Shown: piece after piece, positions 39,068 through 47,638 of the stretch | Numbering within the stretch: position 1 is the stretch's first letter | Layout: each line of letters opens with the position of its first letter | Source of the DNA: Bacteriovoracia bacterium | GTDB lineage: Bacteria; Bdellovibrionota; UBA1018; CAIPTA01 | Assembly (NCBI GenBank): GCA_050246755.1 | Contig: JBFWVL010000006.1 | Span: forward strand, 1 to 64,000 | DNA length: 64,000 bases | Reading direction: 5' to 3' | The notes under the pieces: model-generated | The model's database searches: none | The model's input: only the letters and a program-made list of their open reading frames with translations | What the model was told of the DNA's origin: nothing | Translations under genes and position numbers: made by a program

Positions 39068-39127
39068 GAAATACCAAGCCTTCTTGTTGATAGACCGCCT
39101 TGTTTCAGGCGCTCGGGTTTCCCTATG

Positions 39128-39144
39128 AGCAAGGACGGGGCCAA
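39128..39144 (-). promoter_or_regulatory. Sigma-54 -24/-12 promoter for the ycaO operon
   Basis: Minus strand TTGGCCCCGTCCTTGCT = GG-N10-GC, about 60 bp upstream of the ycaO ATG. Confidence 0.7.
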
Positions 39145-39227
39145 GTCGTAAAAGTGCTGAAAACCTGGGTTTTACGGCGAAATCCTGCATTTTTGTTGAT
39201 CTGCGGGTGCAGTTGGTGGTGCGGAAA

Positions 39228-39515
39228 TTCAGGATTTCTGAATCGGCCTGTGCGATGCGCGGTCGCCTGTAAACAATAACTGCGTGATATGTTTTACGTT
39301 TTCCACACGAAAGGCCCTGGTGCCACAAATTCAGGAACTCTGAATCGACATATAATTTTTATAGGCCGAGTGTCCGCGAGCGCACATGAGGCTGTTGTTT
39401 CGATGACAAATTCAGGATTTCTGAAGGGCTTCAGGTTTCCTGAATGTCATCGCAAGCCGTTGATTTCAAACTCGTAGTTTATTGTTTATCCAATCCGCTA
39501 TTCAGATTTTCTGAA
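39228..39515. promoter_or_regulatory. Five TTCAG-N5-CTGAA palindromes (enhancer/operator array) plus an IHF-consensus site
   Basis: Copies at 39228, 39330, 39411, 39430 and 39501; AATCAACGGCTTG on the minus strand at 39453-39465. Confidence 0.75.
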
Positions 39516-39666
39516 CTGAATCGGCGCTTTTCGAGAGCGCGAAAAATCCGATTTGTCTTTTTGCTTCTGAGACTTAGGTCACTTCAGCATTTTTCTGGCA
39601 TCGCCTTGCACTTTTAGAAGGTGAAAGGCCGCTCATTCCAGCGGGCCTGTTGGAAAGGAAAACGAA

Positions 39667-39891
39667 ATGTCCAAGTCCTATCTCACCCAATGCCCTCGCT
39701 GCGGCACTCGAAGCTACGAACAGCTTCACACCCATGGTCACTGCATCGAATGCCTCTACTCAAACGACCTCGCTCCACAGAGCGACAAGCGCGACTTCCT
39801 CACTCTGCGGGAAGCTGAGGCGCTGATCGAGCCGTCCGAGATTCATCAAATGCGAAGAGATCAAAAAAAGATTTCGGGAGCGGCGTCGTGA
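39667..39891 (+). CDS. Small Zn-ribbon protein
   Basis: AAGGA RBS; CPRC...CIEC. Confidence 0.65.
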   Translation: MSKSYLTQCPRCGTRSYEQLHTHGHCIECLYSNDLAPQSDKRDFLTLREAEALIEPSEIHQMRRDQKKISGAAS

Positions 39892-40077
39892 TCTGCCGAA
39901 GCACGAAATCCGCCATCAGAAATTTCTGGATCTGGCTCTGCCGCCAATGGGCCAAAGCCGAGGAAGTTCAGCAGCGAATTGATGCTGAACGCCTCAAGGC
40001 CCAAGAGCGTTACGGCTCCGATTTTCCGTCTCGCTGGATCTAAGGAGTCCAAACACAAACGAACGAATGGGGGTTCA

Positions 40078-40314
40078 ATGAAAAATTCCGAAACGACTTT
40101 GCGAAAGAACGACTGCGGGCGCTGGGAGGTCGGCACCCACGAGCTGACTTCGGGAAGTGTCCTTGAAATTCAGATTGACGGCCACTGGATCAGCGGCGTC
40201 ATCGAACACTGGCACGACAACTATTACTGGTTCAGCCGCCGCGACGGTGTTCCCGTCGTGCTTCACTCCGGCATTTATGCTCGTCTCCCAGACTCGAACG
40301 AAAGGAGGTTCTGA
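40078..40314 (+). CDS. DUF5348-like small beta protein
   Basis: GRWEV..ELTSGSVLEIQIDGHWISGVIE..YYW...LHSG. Confidence 0.65.
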   Translation: MKNSETTLRKNDCGRWEVGTHELTSGSVLEIQIDGHWISGVIEHWHDNYYWFSRRDGVPVVLHSGIYARLPDSNERRF

Positions 40315-40376
40315 AAACGTAGTTGAGAATCAATGAGGGGCTTTGAGGGTTCATTGTTTCAAATACGGAGTTAAAT

Positions 40377-40730
40377 TTGTCAGAAAATAAAATCGAACAA
40401 AAGCAGAAATCGGAAAGGCTGAATCTCTACTGGCTGTGCGGCCAGACGGGACGAAAGCATCCCGCCGGGGTCGCATTCTTCAACGAAGAACAAGGCGACT
40501 ATCGGCTGAAGATCGACGTGATGCCCGACGATAAGACGTTTTTCCTGAAAACGATCTCGTCGAGCGATGACGTGACTTACTACCGCGTGGAGGCGGCCGT
40601 GAAAAAGGCCGGGCGCGTGGTCCACAGGGCGGAAGTCGGTTCCGGCTACGCCAAGAAGGAAGATCCCACCATCTACATGGACATCGGCCCGTTCTCGCGG
40701 ACCCTTGTTCTTGAGCAACAACAGGCTTGA
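40377..40730 (+). CDS. Hypothetical protein leading the transfer operon
   Basis: GGAG RBS, TTG start, beta-rich sequence, coupled to the pilin gene. Confidence 0.6.
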   Translation: MSENKIEQKQKSERLNLYWLCGQTGRKHPAGVAFFNEEQGDYRLKIDVMPDDKTFFLKTISSSDDVTYYRVEAAVKKAGRVVHRAEVGSGYAKKEDPTIYMDIGPFSRTLVLEQQQA

Positions 40731-41032
40731 AGCAGGATCGTTTTCTGATGGTTCTCTTCGCGGGCTTTGCCGTTCTTATGGTGCTTTGCCCGGAACTCGC
40801 GCTCGCGCAGTTCTCGGGTGGTGCCCTGGAAAGCAAAGTCAACGGAGTGACGAGCGGGCTTATCAACTTTCTCTTGCCCGCCGCGAGCGTGATCGGACTG
40901 ATTTACAGTGCGATCCTCGCCGCGACCGGCGACGCCTCGGCGAAAGCCAGGATGACCACCATCGCAATCTGTAGCGTGGTGGGAATGCTGGCTCCTCTCA
41001 TCATTCGCTGGCTGCAAGGGATGGTGAACTGA
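40727..41032 (+). CDS. virB2: VirB2/TrbC-like pilin
   Basis: Signal ending PELALA-Q, two hydrophobic helices, first in the VirB2-3-4 order. Confidence 0.75.
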   Translation: MKQDRFLMVLFAGFAVLMVLCPELALAQFSGGALESKVNGVTSGLINFLLPAASVIGLIYSAILAATGDASAKARMTTIAICSVVGMLAPLIIRWLQGMVN

Positions 41033-41316
41033 TGCTCAAGGCATCGACGGTTCACCGAAATCTGGATGCGAAGTTTAAGATCGGCGGCGTCGAAGCCGCC
41101 GATCTGTTGGCCGTTCTACTCACGGGTGCCGTGATGAATCTGATCTTTGGGCGGCTGTCCATTGGCCCCATTTTCATCTTCGGCATTCCGGGTCTTCTTT
41201 TCTGCGCTCTCTACTTTGGGAAGCGCGGAAAACCGGAGGGCTATCTTATGCACGCACTCAAGTTTTTTATTTCATCCGGCGAACTCAGAGCCGGTGAAAT
41301 CGAGGATTCCGTCTGA
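41032..41316 (+). CDS. virB3: VirB3-like membrane protein
   Basis: VHRNLDAKFKIGG, two TM helices, directly before virB4. Confidence 0.7.
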   Translation: MLKASTVHRNLDAKFKIGGVEAADLLAVLLTGAVMNLIFGRLSIGPIFIFGIPGLLFCALYFGKRGKPEGYLMHALKFFISSGELRAGEIEDSV

Positions 41317-43742
41317 AGAAATCTCCCATTGCGGGGAAAGTGCCGTTCTTCCGGTTCGACGATCATCTGATGGTCTATCAAGACGGCTCGATGGGCGTCG
41401 GTTTCAGGCTCGGCGGATTCGATAGCAGTTGCGCCTCGGTGGACTCGATCAATGCGTTTTGCCAGAAGATCGAAAACTTTCTCGCCGGGCTCTCCGAGGG
41501 CCTGCGAATCCAGGTTTTCTACCGGCTGACGAACAACGCCTATGACGTGGTGGAGCAACACCGGGCGGTTTCGAGTGACAGTGCGCTTATCTATCAACCG
41601 ATCCGCAGCGCCCGCATCGCGTTTTTTGAAGAGAAGCTGGAATCTGGCCGGTTTTTTATGCCGGAAATCTATCTTTTCGTGCGCAGCCAGCCGCTTCAGC
41701 TCAAAAGGCGCAAGTTTTTCGAGAAGAAAGAGCGGTTTGAAGGGTTCCCGCCGGAGCAGTTTCGCGCCCATCAGGAACGGTTTGCCATTCTCGTCTCGCA
41801 GGTGGAGGCGGCGCTGCGCTCGGCGGCGATTGCGCCCAGCCGTCTGTTAAAGACGGATTGGTTCAATCTCTGCTTCTCGTACTTCAACATGGAGCGGGCC
41901 GAGATCATCGGTTGCCCCAGCTTGAGGGAGCCGACGGACGCGCTCGCTCCGAGCCTTGGTGCGCAACTGGCGCTCACGGACATTTCGGTTTCCGAGAAGC
42001 ACCTGAAGATTGGTGGGCTGTTCTTCCGCGTCGTCACGATGGGGATTTTACCGGAGGGCCAGACGGTCGCCTCCATGATCGAAAGCCTGATGAAACTGCC
42101 ATTCCACTTCTGGATGTCGCAGAACATTCACACGCTGGAACAGCGCAAAGAGATCGAAAAGCTCGAACTCATGCGCCGGATCGCAAGCTCGATGGCCTCG
42201 GGAAGCAAGAACGTCTCCGACATCGAAAGCGAATCGAAGCTGTCGAACCTCGAAGACCTGCTCCGCGAGGTCATGACCGGATCGGAGCGGCTGGTGTCTT
42301 CCGACCTGAACGTGATCTTTTGGGCGGAATCCCAAGAGGAGCTGGAGCAAAAGACGGAAGAAATCTTGCGGGCGTTCCGCGCCACCGGCCAGGCCGAAGG
42401 TCTGGTCGAGACGTTCGGCCTGGAGGACGCCTTTTTTAAGGCCGCGCCCAGCGTGTGCGAAGGGTTCCGCCATAAGCGCATGAAGACGAGCAATTGCGCT
42501 CATCTGATGCCCTTATACGCGGCCTGGATGGGCAATAAGCGGCCGGTGGTGCTGCTCACGAACCGCGAGGGAGCGCCCTTTGCCATCGACCCGTTCGCAC
42601 CGGAATTACCCAACTGGAACGGTCTGATTTTCGGCGGTAGCGGCTCAGGGAAGTCTTACTCGATTTCCCAGATGATGCTCCAGTTTTCCGGCCAGAAGTA
42701 TGGCGGCAAGCCGCCGAAGATCGTGTGGATCGACAACGGGGCCTCCAGCGAAAAGCTGATCGAGGTCATGGACGGCGAGTTCATCGACCTGAACCTCAAT
42801 TCGGGCATCCGCCTGAATGTGTTCGACCTTGAGGCCGGAGAAGCGAAGCCCACCGCCACCAAGATCAAACTGATCCTGGGGTGCCTTGAGCTGATCCTGA
42901 AGGACGACGACAAGGTGGGGCTCCCGAAGCGGGACAAGGGCCTGCTCGAAGAGGCCATTTTTTCCTGCTACCGCAAAACCGGTGAGCGCATTCCGCAGCT
43001 CTCCGATCTGAGGGAGATCCTGCGCGAGCATCCGGTGACGGATATGCGCAAATACGCCGACATCCTGTTCTCGTGGACTGGAGAAACGGCGTTCGGTCGG
43101 ATGCTCGATGGCCCCAGCAACGTGAAGCTCACCAAGGACTTGGTGTCCATCGAGATCAAGGGGCTGGAGAACTACCGGGATCTGAAGGACATCTTTCTGC
43201 TGCTGCTCACTTCGTACATCAAGGACGAAGCGGCCAGCGACTTGGCCCGCCCTTATCTGCTGATCGTGGATGAAGCACAACGGCTGTTCAAGTCGGGCTC
43301 TCCGATGGGAAGGGAGTTCGCCATAGATTCCTTTCGCGTTTTTCGTAAGTACAACGCCGGAATCTGGTGCATCTCGCAGAACTATAAAGATTTTTTGTCG
43401 GACCCGGATCTGGCAGATTCTCTCATGCCTAACACCACGTTCGTTTTCATCCTGCGGCAGCGGAAGATCGACTGGAACGACTTCAAGGAAACCTTCGACT
43501 TCGACGAAGCGGTTGTGGAGGCGGCGAAAAGTCTGGAGATCGTCAAGCGCAAGTTCTCCGAGTTTTTGCTGATCCAGGACGAAAATATCGCAGTTTTGCG
43601 TCTGGAATCTGACCCACTCAGTTACCGCATCTGTACCACCGACGGAAACGAAAAATCGGAGGAGAAGGCTCTTCGGGAAAGATATCCCGACCGCCCTCTC
43701 GTGGAAATTTTAAGTGAGCTTGCTCAAGGAGATTCGCATTAA
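41313..43742 (+). CDS. virB4: VirB4/TraC conjugative ATPase (start CTG 41313 or GTG 41340)
   Basis: GGSGSGKS, IDNGAS, LNVFD, IVDEA, FRKYN...SQ. Confidence 0.92.
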   Translation: MKKSPIAGKVPFFRFDDHLMVYQDGSMGVGFRLGGFDSSCASVDSINAFCQKIENFLAGLSEGLRIQVFYRLTNNAYDVVEQHRAVSSDSALIYQPIRSARIAFFEEKLESGRFFMPEIYLFVRSQPLQLKRRKFFEKKERFEGFPPEQFRAHQERFAILVSQVEAALRSAAIAPSRLLKTDWFNLCFSYFNMERAEIIGCPSLREPTDALAPSLGAQLALTDISVSEKHLKIGGLFFRVVTMGILPEGQTVASMIESLMKLPFHFWMSQNIHTLEQRKEIEKLELMRRIASSMASGSKNVSDIESESKLSNLEDLLREVMTGSERLVSSDLNVIFWAESQEELEQKTEEILRAFRATGQAEGLVETFGLEDAFFKAAPSVCEGFRHKRMKTSNCAHLMPLYAAWMGNKRPVVLLTNREGAPFAIDPFAPELPNWNGLIFGGSGSGKSYSISQMMLQFSGQKYGGKPPKIVWIDNGASSEKLIEVMDGEFIDLNLNSGIRLNVFDLEAGEAKPTATKIKLILGCLELILKDDDKVGLPKRDKGLLEEAIFSCYRKTGERIPQLSDLREILREHPVTDMRKYADILFSWTGETAFGRMLDGPSNVKLTKDLVSIEIKGLENYRDLKDIFLLLLTSYIKDEAASDLARPYLLIVDEAQRLFKSGSPMGREFAIDSFRVFRKYNAGIWCISQNYKDFLSDPDLADSLMPNTTFVFILRQRKIDWNDFKETFDFDEAVVEAAKSLEIVKRKFSEFLLIQDENIAVLRLESDPLSYRICTTDGNEKSEEKALRERYPDRPLVEILSELAQGDSH

Positions 43743-44439
43743 ACGAACGAAGACTTGCCTGGTGGCGGCCCTCATTATGGCCTGCGCGTTGCGCCCAGCG
43801 CCCGCGCTGGCGTTCACCGATGGTTCGGGATGGGCTGCGGTTGGATACCTCATTAAAATTCTGGAGGAAAACTACCGGCGGTATGTGCAGCTCAAGGCCA
43901 TGATCGACACGGCGAACGGTCACTATGACTATATCCGGGCGCTCAATCGCGGCCTGGACAATTCCATCGGTCTTTTGGAGGCGCTGCCCATCAAGGACGA
44001 GAAGGTTCTGGCGGAACTGAAGAACTTCAAGGAAGCGGTCGCCCGCGTGGAACTGCTCTATGGAAAAATTCCGCAGAGCCCGGATGAAGCCCTGCATCTC
44101 CTGCACGATCAATCGGTGGCGGAAAGCCTGCGGATGGCAAACTCCTTCAAGGATTTCTCCGACACGCAGGAGAAAAATTCGCTGTTGATCGCCGCCCAAG
44201 CGCGGGAGGCATCGCCCAAGGGCGCAGCCCGTATGCAGGCCGAGACAAGCGCGGAGATCCTGCGCACTCTCTCGCAGTTGATTCGCCTTAACACGCAGAT
44301 GCTCAAGCTCCAAAGCGAGCAGATCGCAATGGCGAATAAGTCCGCGAAAGACGAAGTGGCGGGATTTCAGAAGATCAACCAAGACCTTGGAAGCGGATTT
44401 TCCAAGTTCAAGCCGGACATGAAATTCATCGTTTTCTAA
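43714..44439 (+). CDS. VirB5/TrbJ-like exported helical protein
   Basis: Signal peptide (PALA), coiled-coil, located between virB4 and virB6. Confidence 0.6.
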   Translation: MSLLKEIRIKRTKTCLVAALIMACALRPAPALAFTDGSGWAAVGYLIKILEENYRRYVQLKAMIDTANGHYDYIRALNRGLDNSIGLLEALPIKDEKVLAELKNFKEAVARVELLYGKIPQSPDEALHLLHDQSVAESLRMANSFKDFSDTQEKNSLLIAAQAREASPKGAARMQAETSAEILRTLSQLIRLNTQMLKLQSEQIAMANKSAKDEVAGFQKINQDLGSGFSKFKPDMKFIVF

Positions 44440-45387
44440 ATGTTTGAATATCTAGGAAGCGTTGGCGCGGAACTCCACGCGCAGATGGTTCAAATGTACT
44501 GGATTCTTTTGGTTCCATTCGTCGTGTTCCTGTTCGTGTTGGAGGTCATCAAGGACGACAACCCGAATTTGCGCGATTTGTTCCGCCGGATCGTGTTTTC
44601 GGTGCTGCTGCTGCTCACCTTTGACTGGACCCTTCAGACGATTGCCGTGGTTGGCGACGCCGTGACGGAGAAAATCAACGGACTGCAACGACTCTCCGAG
44701 GTTCTTCAGAATCTCGGGCCGAACTACTCCGGCAAGGATAGCTGGTTCAATGTGCGGGAAACGATTCTCTATGTCTTCAGCGTCGCTGCCTACCTGATCG
44801 CCTATCTTGGCTTTTTCGTGGCAACGGCGTTGACCCATTTCGTCTGGACGATCTTGTATGTGGCGGCACCCTTGATGATTCTCATGTACGTCAGTCGCCA
44901 TACGGAGCGCGTGACCATGAGTCTCTACAAGGGATTGGTGCAGGTCGTGATCTGGAAAATTTTGTGGTCGATTCTCGGCGTATTGCTGCTCAAGCTCGCC
45001 ATGCAGCCGGAGGTCACGGGGCTTGAGGATTATATCATGTCCATCGTGGTGAATCTTTGCATCGGCTTCTCGATGCTGTTCATCCCGATTGCCACGAGAT
45101 CCTTGATTTCGGATGGGATGTCGTCGGTTGCAAGCTCGCTTGCGGCGGTTCCGGCGATTGCCGCCGGGGGCGCGGTCAAGATGGCGGCGGCCAAGTACGG
45201 AGGAAAAATCGCGGGTGCCGCCGCGTTCGCGGCCAAGCCCGCCACGAACCCCATCGCGGGGCGCGTGGAGATGATGAAGGACCGACTGCAACCACGATTC
45301 GAGCAGGCAAAGAAGGCTTACGGAGCCATCGGGCTCCCGCAGGAAATTCTCAAAAAAAGAGCCAGAAAAGAAAAGAGGAATAAGTGA
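44440..45387 (+). CDS. VirB6/TrbL-like polytopic membrane protein
   Basis: About 5-6 TM helices, APLMI motif, Ala/Gly-rich tail. Confidence 0.75.
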   Translation: MFEYLGSVGAELHAQMVQMYWILLVPFVVFLFVLEVIKDDNPNLRDLFRRIVFSVLLLLTFDWTLQTIAVVGDAVTEKINGLQRLSEVLQNLGPNYSGKDSWFNVRETILYVFSVAAYLIAYLGFFVATALTHFVWTILYVAAPLMILMYVSRHTERVTMSLYKGLVQVVIWKILWSILGVLLLKLAMQPEVTGLEDYIMSIVVNLCIGFSMLFIPIATRSLISDGMSSVASSLAAVPAIAAGGAVKMAAAKYGGKIAGAAAFAAKPATNPIAGRVEMMKDRLQPRFEQAKKAYGAIGLPQEILKKRARKEKRNK

Positions 45388-45977
45388 ACGAAAAATCTAA
45401 GAACACGATCCCGAATATCTGGACCGCGCAAGAGAACCTGATCCATTTTTATCGGATTCTCTCTGCGGGTCTGGGCGGGCTCGCCGTCATTTTGCTGGTG
45501 GTGGCCGTCGCATTCGGTTTTCGAGATCCGATTGTCGTCGTGAAATCGGATGATGCGCAGGAGTTTTTTGTGAGCCGCCGAGCGCCGGTTTCCATTGAAA
45601 AGAAGGATGTCGAAAATATCACGCGGCGTTTTCTCGATGCGCTGTATGTCTGGCCGGAGTTTAACGGCCAGGCGCTCGCCAAAGAGATCGCGCCTTATGC
45701 TGAAGAAGCCTTGGTGGGAAAAATCGTCGAAACGCAGGTGCTCAAGTACGGAAAGGACTTCAAGGGCAAGAAGCTCGCTCAGGAGCTGTCCTTCGTCAAT
45801 GTGACTGTTCAGGAGGATCGCGTGGTCTGTAACTTCGACCGCATCCTGAAGATCGAAGGGATACCGCTGGTCATTCCAACCGAAGTCACGCTGTCGATGC
45901 TGCGCGGAAGTAGCACACGGGAAAATCCGATGGGCGTCTTCGTCTCTGGTATTTTAGAAAATGAAGGCGCGAAGTAA
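45384..45977 (+). CDS. VirB8-like protein
   Basis: Single TM helix, PIVV, terminal TRENPMGVFV motif. Confidence 0.75.
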   Translation: MNEKSKNTIPNIWTAQENLIHFYRILSAGLGGLAVILLVVAVAFGFRDPIVVVKSDDAQEFFVSRRAPVSIEKKDVENITRRFLDALYVWPEFNGQALAKEIAPYAEEALVGKIVETQVLKYGKDFKGKKLAQELSFVNVTVQEDRVVCNFDRILKIEGIPLVIPTEVTLSMLRGSSTRENPMGVFVSGILENEGAK

Positions 45978-46713
45978 GTTGTGGGGTTTTGTCGGACTGT
46001 TGATGCTGATTTCGATTGAAGTCGGAGCAATGGTCCCGCCGGGTGACAAACGAACTATCCTCACCTCCGGGGAGAAGGTTTACCCGATCCAATATCGGCT
46101 CGGCACGAGTACGATTTTGTATTTCGGACTGCGCCCCGAGACGGTGATCTGCGGGAACAAAAACTATTTCAACATCGAGAAGATCAAGGAGGGAATCACG
46201 ATTCAACCTCTGTCGAATTTCTCCACTAACCTGACGGTTCTCGCTCAGGGTCGGCGCTATTTGTTTTTCCTGACCCCCGCGAGCGGTCGCCCCGATGGGT
46301 TCGTGGAAGTGAAATGGGTTCCACCCGGTCAGGCCAGATCCGTCAAAGCGTTGGCGAAGCATGACGGCGAAGTGACCCGAGAGCTCGGACAGAAGACCAA
46401 GATCGGCACCGCCGTTGAATTTTCCATTTTGCGCGAGAAGGCATTGGACAAAGGGAAGCGCCGGATCTTCGAGATCGAGATGAAAAACCTCGGCGGGAAA
46501 GCCATTCCCGCAAACCAGTTTGAGGTAGTGGCCTCTATCGCGGGCGTCCCTCTCGCCCGCCAGGTTGTCGTCTGGGAGGGCGACGACCTGAAGGAGAAAG
46601 GCAAGCTCCGGGGCCGCGTGATCGTCTCGGGCCACGATGGAAAGCCTCTGAGTCTCGTTGTCGGCTATCTCGGCAAGAGCACCAAGCTCATCATCAAGGG
46701 GGGCCGCAATTAA
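45961..46713 (+). CDS. VirB9/TrbG-like protein
   Basis: Signal peptide, GTSTILYF, ITIQP..TNLTV..RRYLFFL. Confidence 0.7.
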   Translation: MKARSKLWGFVGLLMLISIEVGAMVPPGDKRTILTSGEKVYPIQYRLGTSTILYFGLRPETVICGNKNYFNIEKIKEGITIQPLSNFSTNLTVLAQGRRYLFFLTPASGRPDGFVEVKWVPPGQARSVKALAKHDGEVTRELGQKTKIGTAVEFSILREKALDKGKRRIFEIEMKNLGGKAIPANQFEVVASIAGVPLARQVVVWEGDDLKEKGKLRGRVIVSGHDGKPLSLVVGYLGKSTKLIIKGGRN

Positions 46714-47638
46714 GTGGTGGGGAACGTGTCGGGAGTGGCTGAAGCGGATTTTTCTCCAGGCTAGCGGCGGCAAAACCATTGTCGCCCTTCAGCGCGTGGG
46801 TGTCGTGGCTGGCGGCGGGCTTTTGCTGCTCGCTGCTGGCATGGCCTGGTTCGGCCCCGCAGAGGATCGGACGTTCTATTTGCAGACGACGCAGACGCAG
46901 AATCGCGGCGAGGAAAATTCCCCAAGCAGCAGAACGGCGGTCAGCGGGCCTGTCGCGGCGCTTTTTGGCAATAGCGAGAGGAAAAAGGAATCAGAGGCGC
47001 GGGCCGCGATGGAGCAAAAACGAAAGCGCGTCGTTATCAAGTATTACGCGCCTCAACTCGTAGGCCAATCGAACAAGGTGCCGAAGGCCATTCGCTCGGG
47101 TGCCAAGCTGGTTGGCTTTCTCCTGAAAGCCATCGACACCCGTGCGCCTTCGCCGGTTCATGTACGCATCGCCCAGGGCGGCGAAGTGAATGGCGTCGAG
47201 ATCGAGAAGGGCTCGGTTTTGACCGGCCAGTATTCCTACGCCGGTTCCGGCGAGCTGGTTTTCGTGTCGTTCTCGCGGCTGGATACGCCCGAGGGCGAGC
47301 CCAAGAAAATCCAGGCGCAGGCCCTTGATAGCGGCACCTACACCGCCGGGATTTCCGGCGAGGTGTATTCCGACGCCGGGCTCAAGACGGCCGCGAGCCT
47401 CGGGCTGACCATGTTCGGCGGTATGGCCGATGTCCTGACGGAGAAGGAATCGCTCGGATTCTCGCAAAACGGTGTGCAGGCCAAATCCACCATGCGGAAT
47501 GCACTCTTGCAGGGGCTTTCCCGTTCAGCACAGGAGCAGACAGGCCGGATGCAGAACGAGATCAACTCGGCGAAGGACTATGTGCTCATTCCCGAGGGCA
47601 AGGAAATGATTATCGAACTGACTGAGGATTTCAAATAG
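46709..47638 (+). CDS. virB10: VirB10/TrbI-like protein (start uncertain, ATT at 46709 proposed)
   Basis: TM helix, IRSGAKL, IEKGSVLTG, ALD..AGISG, IPEGKEM. Confidence 0.8.
   Translation: MKWWGTCREWLKRIFLQASGGKTIVALQRVGVVAGGGLLLLAAGMAWFGPAEDRTFYLQTTQTQNRGEENSPSSRTAVSGPVAALFGNSERKKESEARAAMEQKRKRVVIKYYAPQLVGQSNKVPKAIRSGAKLVGFLLKAIDTRAPSPVHVRIAQGGEVNGVEIEKGSVLTGQYSYAGSGELVFVSFSRLDTPEGEPKKIQAQALDSGTYTAGISGEVYSDAGLKTAASLGLTMFGGMADVLTEKESLGFSQNGVQAKSTMRNALLQGLSRSAQEQTGRMQNEINSAKDYVLIPEGKEMIIELTEDFK

Noticed and set aside
39068-39328. 87-aa N-terminal extension of YcaO in the ORF track
   Set aside because: It spans the sigma-54 promoter and palindromes; ATG 39067 has an AAGAAGG RBS.
39228-39515. 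Repeat cluster read as a mini-CRISPR array
   Set aside because: Repeats are 15-bp palindromes with irregular spacing (19-102 bp), typical of protein-binding sites.
39595-39610. CTGGCATCGCCTTGCA, a sigma-54-like promoter facing the transfer genes
   Set aside because: GG and GC are separated by 9 nt rather than the required 10, so it is not called as a promoter; worth re-checking for a 1-bp deletion or sequencing error.
43618-45291. Long antisense ORFs (254 and 279 aa) and similar ones such as 11433-12170 and 25130-25897
   Set aside because: Shadow frames opposite well-supported genes in GC-rich DNA; no recognisable motifs.
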